DNA from: Macrostomum lignano
Taxonomy: Eukaryota
Assembly: GCA_002269645.1 (NCBI GenBank)
Contig: NIVC01000080.1
Span: 62,001 to 126,000 of the forward strand
Direction: 5' to 3'
DNA length: 64,000 nucleotides
This document shows, piece by piece, positions 35,601-48,100 of this stretch. The notes below the pieces were generated by a model. That model had not been told where the DNA came from, ran no database searches, and worked only from the letters and a program-made list of their open reading frames with translations. Numbering within the stretch: the stretch's first letter is position 1; each line of letters begins with the position of its first letter. The position numbers and the translations under genes were made by a program.

Positions 35601-37805
35601 AAGCCCGCGCATGTGCTTCTGTCTTCGAGCTTCGTTGGCGGGCCAAGGTACCTGATGGAGAGGCTACAAGACGCTATGACCTATGTTCACAAGTTCGGTA
35701 AGCCGGACCTGTTTGTCACCGCAACGTGCAATCCGAAATGGCCGGAGATCAGCGCCCAGCTGCTGCCTGGACAGCGGGCAGAAGACCGGCCCGACATTGT
35801 TAGCCGAGTCTTTGAAATGAAGAAGAAAGCTCTGCTGGCCCAGTTGACCAAGCGCTATGGGAAAGAGGCCGCTCACGTTTGCTCACTGGAGTACCAGAAG
35901 CGTGGTGAGTAAAAATTCTGACTTGCAAGAATCAAAGTTTTAAGATTTATTGAAATTTAGATTTACAAAGGTTTGTGATTTTTTCTACTTTTTTGACGCT
36001 CCAGGTCTTCCTCATGTGCACTTTCTGCTGTGGCTCGTGAGCGGTCAGCGAGTGACTCCGGACCGATACGATGACATCGTGTCTGCCGAGATTCCGGACC
36101 CAGAGCAGCAGCCCGTGCTGTATGAGCTGGTGAAGACGCACATGATCCATGGCCCCTGCGGCAAGGACAATCCAGCGTGCCCTTGCATGGAGAATGGCGA
36201 ATGCAGCAAGGGCTTTCCTAAAGAATTCCAGCAGGTGACGCTGACCAGCGATACAGGCTACCCACTGTACCGCAGACTGTCGCCTGAGATGGGCGGATTT
36301 ACAGTGGACAAGCTGTTTAAAGGCCGGAGCATTCGCATGGACAACAGGGGAGTTCAAACGCTAATATATTGCTCAGTTGTGCTTTGCTGCTTTTGTTTCT
36401 GAAAGTTAATGATATTATTTTTTCATTAAAACAGGTGGGTCGTTCCGTACAGCCCTGACCTGTTGCTCCAGTTTGTATGCCACTTGAACGTCGAAGTTTG
36501 CGCCACTGTGAAGTCGGTCAAGTACGTGATCAAGTACCTGCTAAAGGGTGGCGACATGGCGACGTTCAAAGTCGATGCCAATAGGAATCCAACTGAACCG
36601 AGAGAGCAGGCAGTGGGTGACCAGCAGCCGACGCAAAGGACAGGAAATGAGCCACGTGATGAGATCAAAGAGTACCTGTCCGCGCGCTACATTGGTCCAA
36701 TGGAAGCCGTGAATACCATCTTGGGCTTTGAAGTAATTCGCATTTTAATTATTATTGGCTCATTTTAACCAGAGCTGTGAACACCTCGTCATAGTATAAA
36801 TTGAATTTCCATTGAAACTTAAAGGCTGTATATTTCCTTCCACTTTCTGATCAGGTGCACAACAGATTTCCGGCGGTCATCCGACTCTGCGTTCACAAGT
36901 CGGAAGAGCAGCTCGTGTATTTCAACGAGGGGACCGCAAGAGCAAAAGTGAGAACGCCGAAGGATTCGACGTTGACGGCATTTTTCAAGCTGTGCCGTAT
37001 TGACGAATTTGCTGGGTCCTTGCTCTACACGGAGGTGCCGTCCTACTTTGTGTGGCACTCCAGCGAAAGAGAGTGGCGGCGGGCCAAGCAGGGTGTGCGA
37101 GTCGATGGCCATCCGGGTGTAGTGCGGAACAAAAACGTTGCACGCATGTACACGGTGAGTCCAAGAGCAGGTGATTTATTTTATGTTCGAATGCTCCTTT
37201 TGAATGCTAGGGGACCGACTAGCTTCGAGGCGCTGCAGACCGTGGACGGCGTTGTGCATCCGAGCGCCAAGGCTGCTTGCATGGCACTTGGCCTGCTGCA
37301 GCGAGATGACCACTGGCGGCGGTGTCTAGCTGAGGCCGTTCAGTCAAGAATGCCAAGAGCCCTGAGACATCTTCTGGCCGTAATTCTCATATGGGGTGAG
37401 CCTGAGGATGGCAGCGACCTCTGGTGCAGTTTTGCCGAGGATCTCAGCGAGGACCTGCGGTTTCACCACCGAGACTTGAGCACCGAGGAGATTACTGACC
37501 TGGCGCTGCGTGAGCTTCAGAGCATGCTGATCTCCATGGGCGGGAGAAGCCTGCCAGAGTACGGCCTGCCTGCGGCCTCCGTGACACCTCAAGATGGACC
37601 AATGCAGTTTGATACGGTTGAGCAAGCACTGATTACTGAGGCGCGCTTACCAATGCTGACAGATGAGCAGAAAGCGGTGTACGAGTCCGTGACTCAGAAT
37701 CTTGTGGACGGCGCCAGCGGCTTGCACTTCCTGGACGCACCTGCTGGCACTGGCAAGACCTTCCTGCTGGAGGTTCTGCTAGCCTTCGTGCGCAGCCGGG
37801 GTGAA
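32697..37805 (+). pseudogene. Helitron RepHel (STPR repeats, OTU, Zn finger, Rep, start of PIF1 helicase). Exons 32697-33175, 33768-34298, 34449-35033, 35135-35904, 36005-36347, 36435-36732, 36855-~37805
   Basis: OTU PGDGNCFFHAV...HYESL; Zn finger CDQCGALLW...CCAKGKV; Rep motifs PDLFVTATCNPKW, EYQKRGLPHVH, DNRWVVPY, KYVIKYLLKG; Walker A DAPAGTGKT. The exons join into 1319 codons. The fifth donor is GG rather than GT and helicase motifs after Walker A are absent. Confidence 0.9.
32772..33060 (+). repeat. 69-bp coding tandem repeat (4+ copies) encoding 23-aa STPR-like units ETDAQREERLTRLRQQEAEQRAS
   Basis: CAGCGAGAAGAGCG(CCTGA) recurs at 32772, 32841, 32910 and 32979, with a diverged copy at 33048. 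Confidence 0.92.
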
Positions 37806-38663
37806 GTCAGACAGACAGACACACAGAGTTTTGATTTTTATATGTAGAGATAGTAATAATTAGATTTGCCTTTGTTGCTAGTCTGATCTATTAGAAATCT
37901 AGATCCCAATTTAATTGAAATCTAGACCTACATCTATTTGAGATCTAGATCTTGATCTATCAGAGATTTATCCTAATCTATCAATGACCTATACTGATCT
38001 ATCTTGAAGATAGATCAAGAAAAGAAATTCTTATTTAAGAAAAATATAAAAATAATTTAATGCCACAAACTAGGAGATTGCCATTTAGGCCTAGGTCTTA
38101 TTGTTTAAAGGCTTATATTCTTTAGACCTTTACCACTAACACTAATAAGCTATAGGCCTATTGATAGGCCCAGTTATCATAACCTAGCTAGCTATTGCAT
38201 ACCTAGCACCTATAGCTAGCTAGTTATATCATTCAAGCAGAGCAATATTGTCTTAATATTGCCCTAAGATTTTTAAGCCTTATAGACTTATTGTTCTATA
38301 TAACTTGGTACCCTATTGTAGCCAAGGTCTAAACTGCACTAGATGACCCCTGCCCTTTTGCACTTGCATATACTTTTCAATAGAAACCTAGGGCCTAGCT
38401 TGGCTTGTCTAGGGCTGCTATAGTTTGTTGTTATTGTTGCCATATCATGAATGTTAGGCAAAGTTTTGGCACTTTTAGTACTAGAAATAGGAAATGCAAA
38501 TTAAGTGTGTATTAGAAAATGCTCTAGCCTTTAGCTTTTATCTATTGCTCTATTTATCACTCAATCTATTGCTTTATCCACTATTCTATATATCATTACT
38601 TTTACTGCCCTATCTATTGCTCTATCTACCACTTTAGGTACTGCTTTATTTATTTCTCTATCC

Positions 38664-38885
38664 AAAGGGGGGCAGATTCTGGGAAGTAAAGACCCAAGGA
38701 GCAGATTCTGGAGTGTAAAGACCCAGGGCCAGGGGCAGACTCTAGAATATATTCTAGAATAAAGACCAATAGTAGATGGATTCTAGAGGATAAAGACCTA
38801 GGGGGTAGATTCTTAGAGGCAAAGACCCAGGGGATGGATTTTAAAGAGTAAAGACCTAGGTCTAGGAGGGGGCAGATTTTAGAAG
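38664..38885 (+). repeat. Degenerate minisatellite of roughly 29-30 bp (GGGGCAGATTCT...TAAAGACCCA)
   Basis: AAAGACC and GATTCT motifs recur at near-regular spacing. Confidence 0.65.
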
Positions 38886-41800
38886 CTAAAGAAAATCTCT
38901 TTTAGCCCTCAATTTGGAAAAGGTTGCCAACTTCTGATCTAATGCTCAGAGGCATTATCTTATGGTACTAGTTTAAACTTAAAAATAAAATTACAAAACA
39001 AATTGGAAACTTCAGATTGTTGATTTTATCATAGGACTACTTATATTATATTTAATATACTTCATGTTAATAATATTAATAAGCTTAATATTGAAATTAA
39101 ATAATCATTGTTTTTCTTTTTGTTATCATTATTGTATATTAGGCTACTAAGTAATAAAATAATATAAGTAATATTGATAAATAGAATAGCATAAATAGGT
39201 CTTAATATTGAATCTTGATCATCTCAAAACTCAAAAGTATAGATCTTGAATCTCAAAAATCTTTTTTTCTTTTTTTCTAAATTTTTAGAACTGTTAAAAT
39301 AACTAATAATTTTTATACTAGTTTAATAGGCCTACTAGTCCATTTTTTAATTTTTATTTCATTTTCATTTTTTAATTTTCTACTTTTTCATTTTTTAGTT
39401 AAAAAAGACAAAAAACAAATTATTTGCTATGTCTATGAGTGTTAAGACTTACTTTAGTAGGGCCTAAGCCTCCATAGGCCTAGACTAACATTAACATATA
39501 AGTGATAGACCTAGGCCCTAGCCTAGGCCTAGTTTGTCATCATCATCATCCTAACATAATAAAAAACCAAATATGTATATTTATGCCAGTTTAGGCCTAT
39601 TGACTCTACAGTCTATAGTCCTGAATTTTCTTTTAAATGCATGCATATATCGGCCTTTGGCCTAAGGCCAAGGGGCCTACAAAGTCATGGCCATTAGAAA
39701 AGCCGCTGTTTGGACATGAAGCTTCATTATTTTATAGTTCACTACATACCACGATACCATTTCGGATAAATAAAGAAGTGTCCAAATTTCTGGTTTAGTT
39801 TTGCACGCCATGTGATGTTGCCGATGTATTATTAACTAAAGATTGGCATCTTTGTTACAAAGCATTCCCGATTCCCATTGTTACAAACCATGAAACCTTT
39901 TTTGTTACAAACCAATGTTGCTGAGAAAGTAAAGTAGGCCTATTATATGGTCTCAGATATTACTATACAATACAATACAAGTAGTATTACAAGTCATTTT
40001 TACAAAACTACTGCCGCTAGCCACTTCGATATCGGAATGCAAAATGGAATTATAAAGTCAACTTAAAAGCATTTTCTCTAAGGTAAAATTAATTTTTTTT
40101 TATTTTAAAACCTGAAAGCCGAAAATGTGCATACTGGTAGAACACATAGAACACCTCGATTTTTTTATAAAATATCTGAAACAATGTTAACTACTTAAAT
40201 ATTAAAGGCAGCTTAATAACTATTACGACATTGCGTAACAAAATAACATGGGCCTTTTCACATTACCAATTCCAGAACCAGAATCGGTTTGGAATTCCAA
40301 GAAAAACAGCAGTATAACTATTAAACTCTGCTAATATTTGACTGCCTTAACAACCTCACTTAGCACAATTTTTCACTTTCTTCTTGGCGATTGTCATTTA
40401 ATAATAAAAACTTTATAGCACGTATCTCCCTCTAGTTATGAAGACTAAAAGTTATACTTCACAAATTGGTTCTGGTTCTAGAACCAGAACAAGCAATATG
40501 AAAAGGCCCCATGTTAAATATTTGCTCGTTGCAAAAATTTTAAATTTAAATGGATTCATAGAAACTACCAAATTCCAGAAAATGCGAAAATAAAAAACAT
40601 TGGATTAAAATTTTAGACTATAGTGTCAGAGTTTATAATAAAGGAATTGTAGGCCTATCGTATGTCATGAAAAAAATCTAATAAAATGGTGATTTCGTTT
40701 GCTACGTTTTGTGGAGAGTGTCATTGCTTCTACCATAAAAAGCCACATTAAGTTGTAGCACTCGGAATTCAAGAACTGGATAAAGAATTCTAAGTCTTAG
40801 GCCTAGTCTTGGTAGAATCCTTCCAGATAATCTTTACTAATCTTAAGATTTTCCACACTTAAATTCACATAATAAATTATGTATAGGTTAATGCATACAT
40901 TTAAGGGTAAGGACCATTTTAGCAGATTCTCAATTAAGACAGTTTTGTGCTTTGCATTGCAAAGGCAGCAAGGCCCTATGCTACTAATGTATTTATTTTT
41001 ATTAGGCCTACATTGTGTTACTTGTATATCAAGTATGCACTTTTATATTTATATATAATATAAAAGTATTGCAAACATATAACATGCCATTTAAATATTT
41101 AAAAAGACTATTCAAACAAATGAACTATGATGTTTACAGTTTTGTTTATACAAGTCCATTTAATAGGCCACACTAGGTTTTTGTGTATAATGTCTAGTCT
41201 AGTGTGTGTAGGCCCCTATACACCCTAAATTTTGAAATCACACCTTGAAATTAAAAAGTAGATACAATTTAAATGCAGTATTACAACCTATTTTTCCTTT
41301 TAAGGCCTAAGTCTCATTTAATAAAAATACTCTGGGTCTAATCCTTATAATTGCACCCTAAAATTTGCACTTTAGATTTTGCATTTTGTCTTTAGCAAAA
41401 AATTTAGAGGCCACAACTAGGCCTATTGAAGTGCTCTATTATAGCTAAGGTCTAATTTGCATTTGATATACCCAGTATACCCCTCCTTATTAATATTAGA
41501 ATTTTTGCACAAACAGCTTAGACATGCACCAAGAAGTGATAGCCTTCAGCTTAAAAGTGCGCCAAGGCCAAAAATTTAGCCCAAAAAGTGCACAAGCTGT
41601 TATATTACTCTGCATTATGCTACATAGATATTTCCTTGTTGCATTGCACCATGCTACGCCGTACTATGTCACACCTCACACTTGCATTATGCTAGGCCAC
41701 TGTGTTGCACAGCATGTAGGACCTCTCGCACTGTGCTGCACTGTTCCACAACTTGGCCATAGCCATACATGTGCAACCTCCAAAATTTTGTCAGCTATGT

Positions 41801-43772
41801 GACTTAGTTTTAACAAAAATGTGACATAGTTTTTGGCCAAAAATTTGACTTACATGTAAAAAATGCTAAAGCAAAATTAATGCAACTATGGATATACAGC
41901 AGGAGTAATTATGACTATCTTATCAAGCCAAAATGCCTCATCAGCTACTTGGTACTACTACTTTGGTTTTTTTTGGGTGGGCATTTTTGTGACTTCCTTG
42001 ATTGGCCACCAATTCAGTTGGCTAGATCAGCTAACTCGGTTGACTATTGCGTATGTATGGCCATAGCCATGCTGCACTGACTTAAAAAAATTTAAAATTT
42101 AAAAAATGTGCCGGACACATGTCTGGGAAAATGTCATTCTTTCTTATGCCCATTTTATTAAAGAAATTTTTGGTAAAAGTGAATTTTTATTTTTAGAAAA
42201 AAGTAAATAGATAAACCCCTATTTTGAGAAACAAAAGTGATCAGTTTAGCAAAAAAAATTGAAAAATACACTATATTATTAGGCCTAATAATAGCTTTTA
42301 ACAAATAATTCATTGACCACTTTGCAAATACATATGATATTTGAACATTGAAAACTCACAATTGAGCTTGATTAATTATATATTTATATATTTATACAAA
42401 GTACAATGAAATGATTAAGTATAGTTTTACAAATGATCAAATTTAAGAACTTGATTGAGCACAATTTAAACAAACATAATAGTTGCTAAAATGTTCACAA
42501 TGTTTTCAATTCATGCAATCACAACTTGTATATCAAGTTTGATTACTTTATACATTAGTTATATAATTTGGTAGCTCATTTGATGTCAGTGATAGCATCC
42601 AACCTTGTGTTATACAAGTAAAATTATGATAAATAGAATTAATTTTACTTTAACTTTTTAGCATAAGTGGCATTTTTAATTTTCATCAAACTTACCTATA
42701 GACTATTTGCCAAAGTAGATCAACCACAACTAACTTTCTTGATTAGGCCTACTCATAAAAAAACTTTATTCTCAAATTAAAAAATGGTAAAATATTAAGA
42801 TGATATACTAGCCATTGCTAAAAGGATAGCCTAAGACTAAGTAAATTATAGAAGCAAATACAATAATGCTATTTTATATATTAATTTAAACTTGGTAATA
42901 TTTAGGACTGCAAAAACTTTCAGGTGAATCAAGCATATCAATAACATGATAGTTATATAGTTTAGTTCTATAATATTAGAAATATTTTTATTGCCTTCTT
43001 CCTTCTAGGAAGGTCTTCTACCTTCCTAATTTTGCCTGGCTAATGCAATTTAGTTTTTTTCAAAGAATGAAAATTCCTTAATGGTTTTTGACTATGAATA
43101 ATCTTTTTGTTGATTGTTTTATATTCAACAAATACCTTCTGATTTAAGCTTAGTTGTTATAGGCTACAGATTATTTGTCACATGCTACAAATTAGTTATC
43201 ACAGACTGCAAATTAGTAGCCTCTGGCTGCAATATAAATACCTTTTGTTGGATGCTATAACTTTGTATTTGCTTCTCTTCTCTCATTTTTATTTTTTCAT
43301 CTTTTCCCTTACTTTCTTGCCTTCATTCTTTCTTCCCTTCATTTTTTTCTGGTCTGATTTTTTGGTACCTTAGTCAGGACTCTTGCCACCTGGCTGGATT
43401 GGTCCACATTAGCCAAGTGTTAGGCATATACTCTGCCATCATGGTTTCAATGGCTGTTATCTTGGTATCTTGGTCTTTGAATTTGACAATAGTTCTATAG
43501 TATGAGCACTTGCTCATATCACTCTTTTTAAGTGCATAATCTAATTGTTAAACAAAGCAAGAAATTGTAAAATTTGTTTTGTAATACTCTTTATTATTTT
43601 CCTTCTAGTGCTTGCTCGTTTTTAAAAAGTCAATGAATAACTCTTCGCTCCTTCCCACTTCCTCAGATCTCCAAGAACTTTTTAAGCAGTAAAGACCTGA
43701 ACTTGCCAACAGCAGAGCTACAGAACTGGATAACTAACTCCAAATAAAATAATTACTAAGCTACTCAAAGCC

Positions 43773-45161
43773 ATGGCCGATATCAGCAGCAGTGGCTCCG
43801 AGACCTACTCTAGCAGTAGTGGCAGCGACAGCAGCAGCAGCCGCAGCAGTAGCAGTCTTGGTCGCCACCGTCACCGCAGCAGGCAGCGCCGGCGTGATCG
43901 AAGTGGCAGCAGTCGCAACCAACACCGACAGCATCCGCAGCAGCACGTTGATGACATCAATGAAACTGCAGCCATTGGAGCGTCAGTTCGCGATGCCGCT
44001 TCTGCATCTGTTGTACTCCCCATGTCGGTCATTGCGCCAATGCCGTCTTCGCTTGAGGCTGGTCAGTCTTCGTCTGCTGAGACCACTGCTGCCACCGGTA
44101 CCTCTGTTTCCACAGCAACGGCTTGGCCTGAGTCATTAATTATTAATTGCTGTTCCTCTTCAGCCGGTTGCCAACAGATGCAGCTGCTGGAGCAGCAGTC
44201 AAAGCAGCCAACTGTAACGCCCTCTGTAGCCATTGCTGGTACTAGCGGCGGCTGCGCCGGCGGCAGCTTCCCGACTGGCCGCCCGAAATATCCTCTACCG
44301 GATGATTCGGAATACTCCAGCTACGAGTCGCTACTAGGCCAGGGCGGGGGCGGCCGCGCCTCTAAGCCGTTTTGCCGGATCTGCCATCTGCCAGGCGACG
44401 AGGCCAGCAGCGGTGGCGCTGCCGGCGGCGCGGCCAGCGTCAGCGGCGCGAACAACCGGCTGCTGCTGTCGCCATGCCGCTGCTCCGGCACCCTGCAGCA
44501 CGTGCACCCGGCCTGCCTAGCCAAATGGATTGAAGCCTCGGCCAGGATCCGCCGCTCCCTCGATCCGGCCGCTGAAGCCGAACGTCGCCGTCGGCATCGA
44601 GGCGGTCGCCGACGAAACGGCAGGTCGCCGCCGCGATGCGAGTTGTGTAATTATGAGTACAGGCGGCGGGCGAAGTTCAGCTTGGCCGCTAACGGCGGCT
44701 GGAGAATGCCTCGGGTGTCGCGAGGAGACCGAGTGCTGCATCTCATCTTCTTGCTCTGTCTGCTAGTCATGACCGCTTGCGCTGTGATCACAGTCATGTG
44801 CTTTGTGCGCGATCGGGACCGGCCTGTTCAGCAGCAGCAGCTGGTGACTTCTGCTTCTTCCTCTTCTATTGCTTCGTCTGCTTCTGCGTCGCCTGGCGCG
44901 GCCTCGGAAGCCGCTTCAAAGCAGCAACCTCTGCCGCCGCAGCATCCGCACCAACCGCCGCCGACTCCGCTGGTTCTGACTGGCTACGAAGCCTTGACTC
45001 TTGTGTCCGGCATTCTATTTTTCTTGGCATTCTTCACGGCTATGAGTGTTCAAATTAAAAGCAGGCACACTGTGTACAAACTGATTGTGAAGTGCTATCG
45101 AATGAATATCACGTATTCGTTTTTGCCCTACGAGCGGTCTAGAGATTCTCAGTTGGCGTAG
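43773..45161 (+). CDS. MARCH-family membrane-associated RING-CH E3 ubiquitin ligase, single coding exon, 462 aa
   Basis: RING-CH C4HC3 (CRICH...[21 protein letters not shown]...RCELC) followed by two hydrophobic TM segments. The start is GCCATGG with an in-frame upstream stop at 43731. Confidence 0.92.
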   Translation: MADISSSGSETYSSSSGSDSSSSRSSSSLGRHRHRSRQRRRDRSGSSRNQHRQHPQQHVDDINETAAIGASVRDAASASVVLPMSVIAPMPSSLEAGQSSSAETTAATGTSVSTATAWPESLIINCCSSSAGCQQMQLLEQQSKQPTVTPSVAIAGTSGGCAGGSFPTGRPKYPLPDDSEYSSYESLLGQGGGGRASKPFCRICHLPGDEASSGGAAGGAASVSGANNRLLLSPCRCSGTLQHVHPACLAKWIEASARIRRSLDPAAEAERRRRHRGGRRRNGRSPPRCELCNYEYRRRAKFSLAANGGWRMPRVSRGDRVLHLIFLLCLLVMTACAVITVMCFVRDRDRPVQQQQLVTSASSSSIASSASASPGAASEAASKQQPLPPQHPHQPPPTPLVLTGYEALTLVSGILFFLAFFTAMSVQIKSRHTVYKLIVKCYRMNITYSFLPYERSRDSQLA

Positions 45162-48100
45162 CTGTGTGTGCACTCTCTTTGTGAGGCTCCTGCTTGAAAG
45201 TTGTTTTAAGTTGGGCAAGTATATGTATATTATGTATTATAGTAATAGTAGTAACACCAATGAGCTTTTGTTGATATGTATCAAGCATCTGCCAGGCTTT
45301 ATTTGCGTTTCAATCGTGATGTTACAGAACAAGGAAATTCAACCATAAAATTGCTTTTTGAGCATAGAAACAGTCGGATTCAGCCTGCCACCCACTTCGA
45401 GACAAGCTGGTTATGAATTTGAAATAATTTGGAATTGTCTCGCGTGCTGCAATGAAAACGCATATTTGTCATCCATGCGCGTGTCTAGGCGGATTTGGGG
45501 TTCGGGTTTCTCTCTTTTGAACTGATGAGATTTTCTGATCAGAATTCAGAATGAGAGCTGTGAAGAAGTATGGCCCAGTATGACATTAAGCCAGATTATG
45601 TTGGAGCGAATAGTCCGGACTCGAATTGCGTAGGAAATATTTATCGGGCAACGGGCACTGACTTGCTGGGTGGGCTGGAACATTTCAGCGAGCAGCATTA
45701 GCCTAATGTCTTGTCGGTAAGCTGAAGCGACTGACTGCACTGCGTACACAGGTCGGTTCGCAGAATTTCTGCTTGCTTTTCAGCCCTTTATAATTTCGTG
45801 CTGCCCTTTATTGGCGCCAGTTGCGCAAAACTAAACTGAATTCTCCGCTGCAAGCGACGCGGCGCTTACCCAACTGTGTGCTTTTTCGTAGATTATCTCG
45901 TTTCTCTCTTGTCAGGACTTTAGTGGTTTTAATCAACAGTAGCTTATCTCTGTGTGAAATCAACAGATAGGCTGGCAACTGTCTGCTTTAATTCGCCTGT
46001 CTGTTCAGTCTTATCTGTGCAGTTGTGGCTCTGCTATTCTCATATTATCAAAGCATTGATTCTCAGTACTCAGTAGATTAAAAAACCGTCTTTTCGATGG
46101 CGCCCTTTCTAGATTTGTTAAAACCTTTAAGCTAATTGAAAGATTGATTCTATTCAAATGCTGGATTCGTGTCGTTTGTTGTATTTCACTGAGGCTTGAG
46201 CAAAATTTATAGCATATTTTCTTTGCTGAGCTACAAGTATTGCTGAATAAAATGCGAATATGTTTATGCATTATTATTGCAATGCTTAATGATGCAAAGC
46301 TGATCATGTTTTTGGGGACAGTTTTATTCAACTCTTCGTTGCGTTACTCATGAACAACTAACATAGCTAACATAGAAGACCAATGATTGCTGTAAAATGC
46401 ATTAGCGAGATGGGAATTATTCATTTTAGTATTAAAATTCTCGATATCTCACCCTTGTGGACTTCCGAATTACAAACGGAGCTTAAGGTTGGTGCGAGGT
46501 TTGTTCACAAGTTTATTAATCTCGCTAATGCATTCTGCAGCATAAATTGGCCTCCAGCAGTACATGAATCAGTGCCCGAAACTGACTACTGTGGCTCCTG
46601 TCTTATGTGCTGCTTTTCACCTTTAGGATTGAATCTGCTGTTGAATGAGCTCGTACCGACCGATTGAAATTCTTGCAACAAATGTACTTTCAATGATTGT
46701 TTCATACTTTGCTCCACTGCTTTACATTGCCTATTATATAATTATTACTGCTTTTTACACTAAACTGGTCTTGCATGCCTACTTCTTGCAGTAGAGCGTT
46801 GCGCCTGTATAATCTATAAAAATCTATATTCTCGTATATATTACAATTGTATATATACTATATATAAAATTTATGTTGATCAAATTAAAATGCAAATAAT
46901 TCGGCATCGTATATAACTATTTACATGTAGCTTGTAAGCCACTCAGAAGCCCATGTTTTCAGTGCTTTTTGAGTCTCATTTTTTGGTCTCTAATCATGTT
47001 GCTAATTCTCACTATTGCTTTGAGAACTATTACACGATTATGCTTACATTGATTCGCTTATTTGCCTAGCATACGAGTAGCACTTGTTCACGATATGTGG
47101 ATTCAAAATCGAAAGGCTTGTAATTGATTATGAAATGTTTTTATTGCTAAATATTAGCTTAGCTTGCACCGTCTTTTCTGTTATCAGTTTTTACATAAAT
47201 CTTCAATATTGCACACTAAGAGAGTTTATCCATAATTGTTCTTTGATTTAAAACTGCGTCAATTCGTATCATGAGATTACGCAATTGTGTATAAATGTAT
47301 TAAACTGTTATATAGTCTTTATGATCTTTTTCAAGTCTGTACGCGCGCCTTTCACTAACAGCACTGATATGAATCTGTTTTTAACAGCAATTAGCATATT
47401 GCGACTAACAGCAAACCATGCTGGAGAATACAAGTGTCGAACAAGTGTACACTGACCCTATAAGCTCTTTATAATACACGCGTGTAACTATATAACTCTT
47501 TCTTTGTCGCCGTTGCCGTATTTTTGCTAATAAACTTTTATCTCGCAAAGCCTGCACCAATCAATTAATAATGAGTTTGCGTATGAATTTCAATTTACTA
47601 AATTAAGTGCACAAAATAAATGTATACTGTTTGTTTTCGTCAGACTGTAACAGGTATTTAATCCCGGAAACTGATTTGGACTTCATTTGTGTTTTTTGTA
47701 TTAGTTTGTGATTGCTTTGAATGCTACTGGTAATAAGTAGTCTATATGTTGAATGCTTCTGCGAGCTAAATTGTTATTTTAGTGCTGGAATCTGGTTTTG
47801 AATAGGGGATGAATACTTATTATATATAAGAAAGCATTCTAGCAAAATTATGTAAAAGGTGTTGCCAATTCAATCCTATAGCACGTAGCTTGTGTTGATT
47901 TCAACCTTGAATTCAAATCAATAGTTTAGTTATTAGATTGAGAAGGATACAGGAAATATAACACACAGATATATGTCTGACAAATCGATTTCGTCAGTTA
48001 TGCAGCCAATATTAATGCTTTGTACTGGTAAGCGACTCGCACGTAAATACAGTACTGAGACTGTTGTGATCGCTGGAGTCGGTTTTTGCCACTGCAGCTC

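Larger units (their letters stand above)
31272..37850 (+). mobile_element. Helitron rolling-circle transposon, 3'-truncated
   Basis: Helitron-type 5' end A|TCCTATATACTAAAAATGAAATGTCTGT at 31271/31272, followed by a spliced RepHel gene. No CTRR 3' end with hairpin was identified. Confidence 0.9.

Noticed and set aside
43761-45058. Antisense and alternate-frame ORFs over the MARCH gene (similarly over noggin-like, Helitron and Tc1)
   Set aside because: These are shadow ORFs expected in GC-rich coding sequence.
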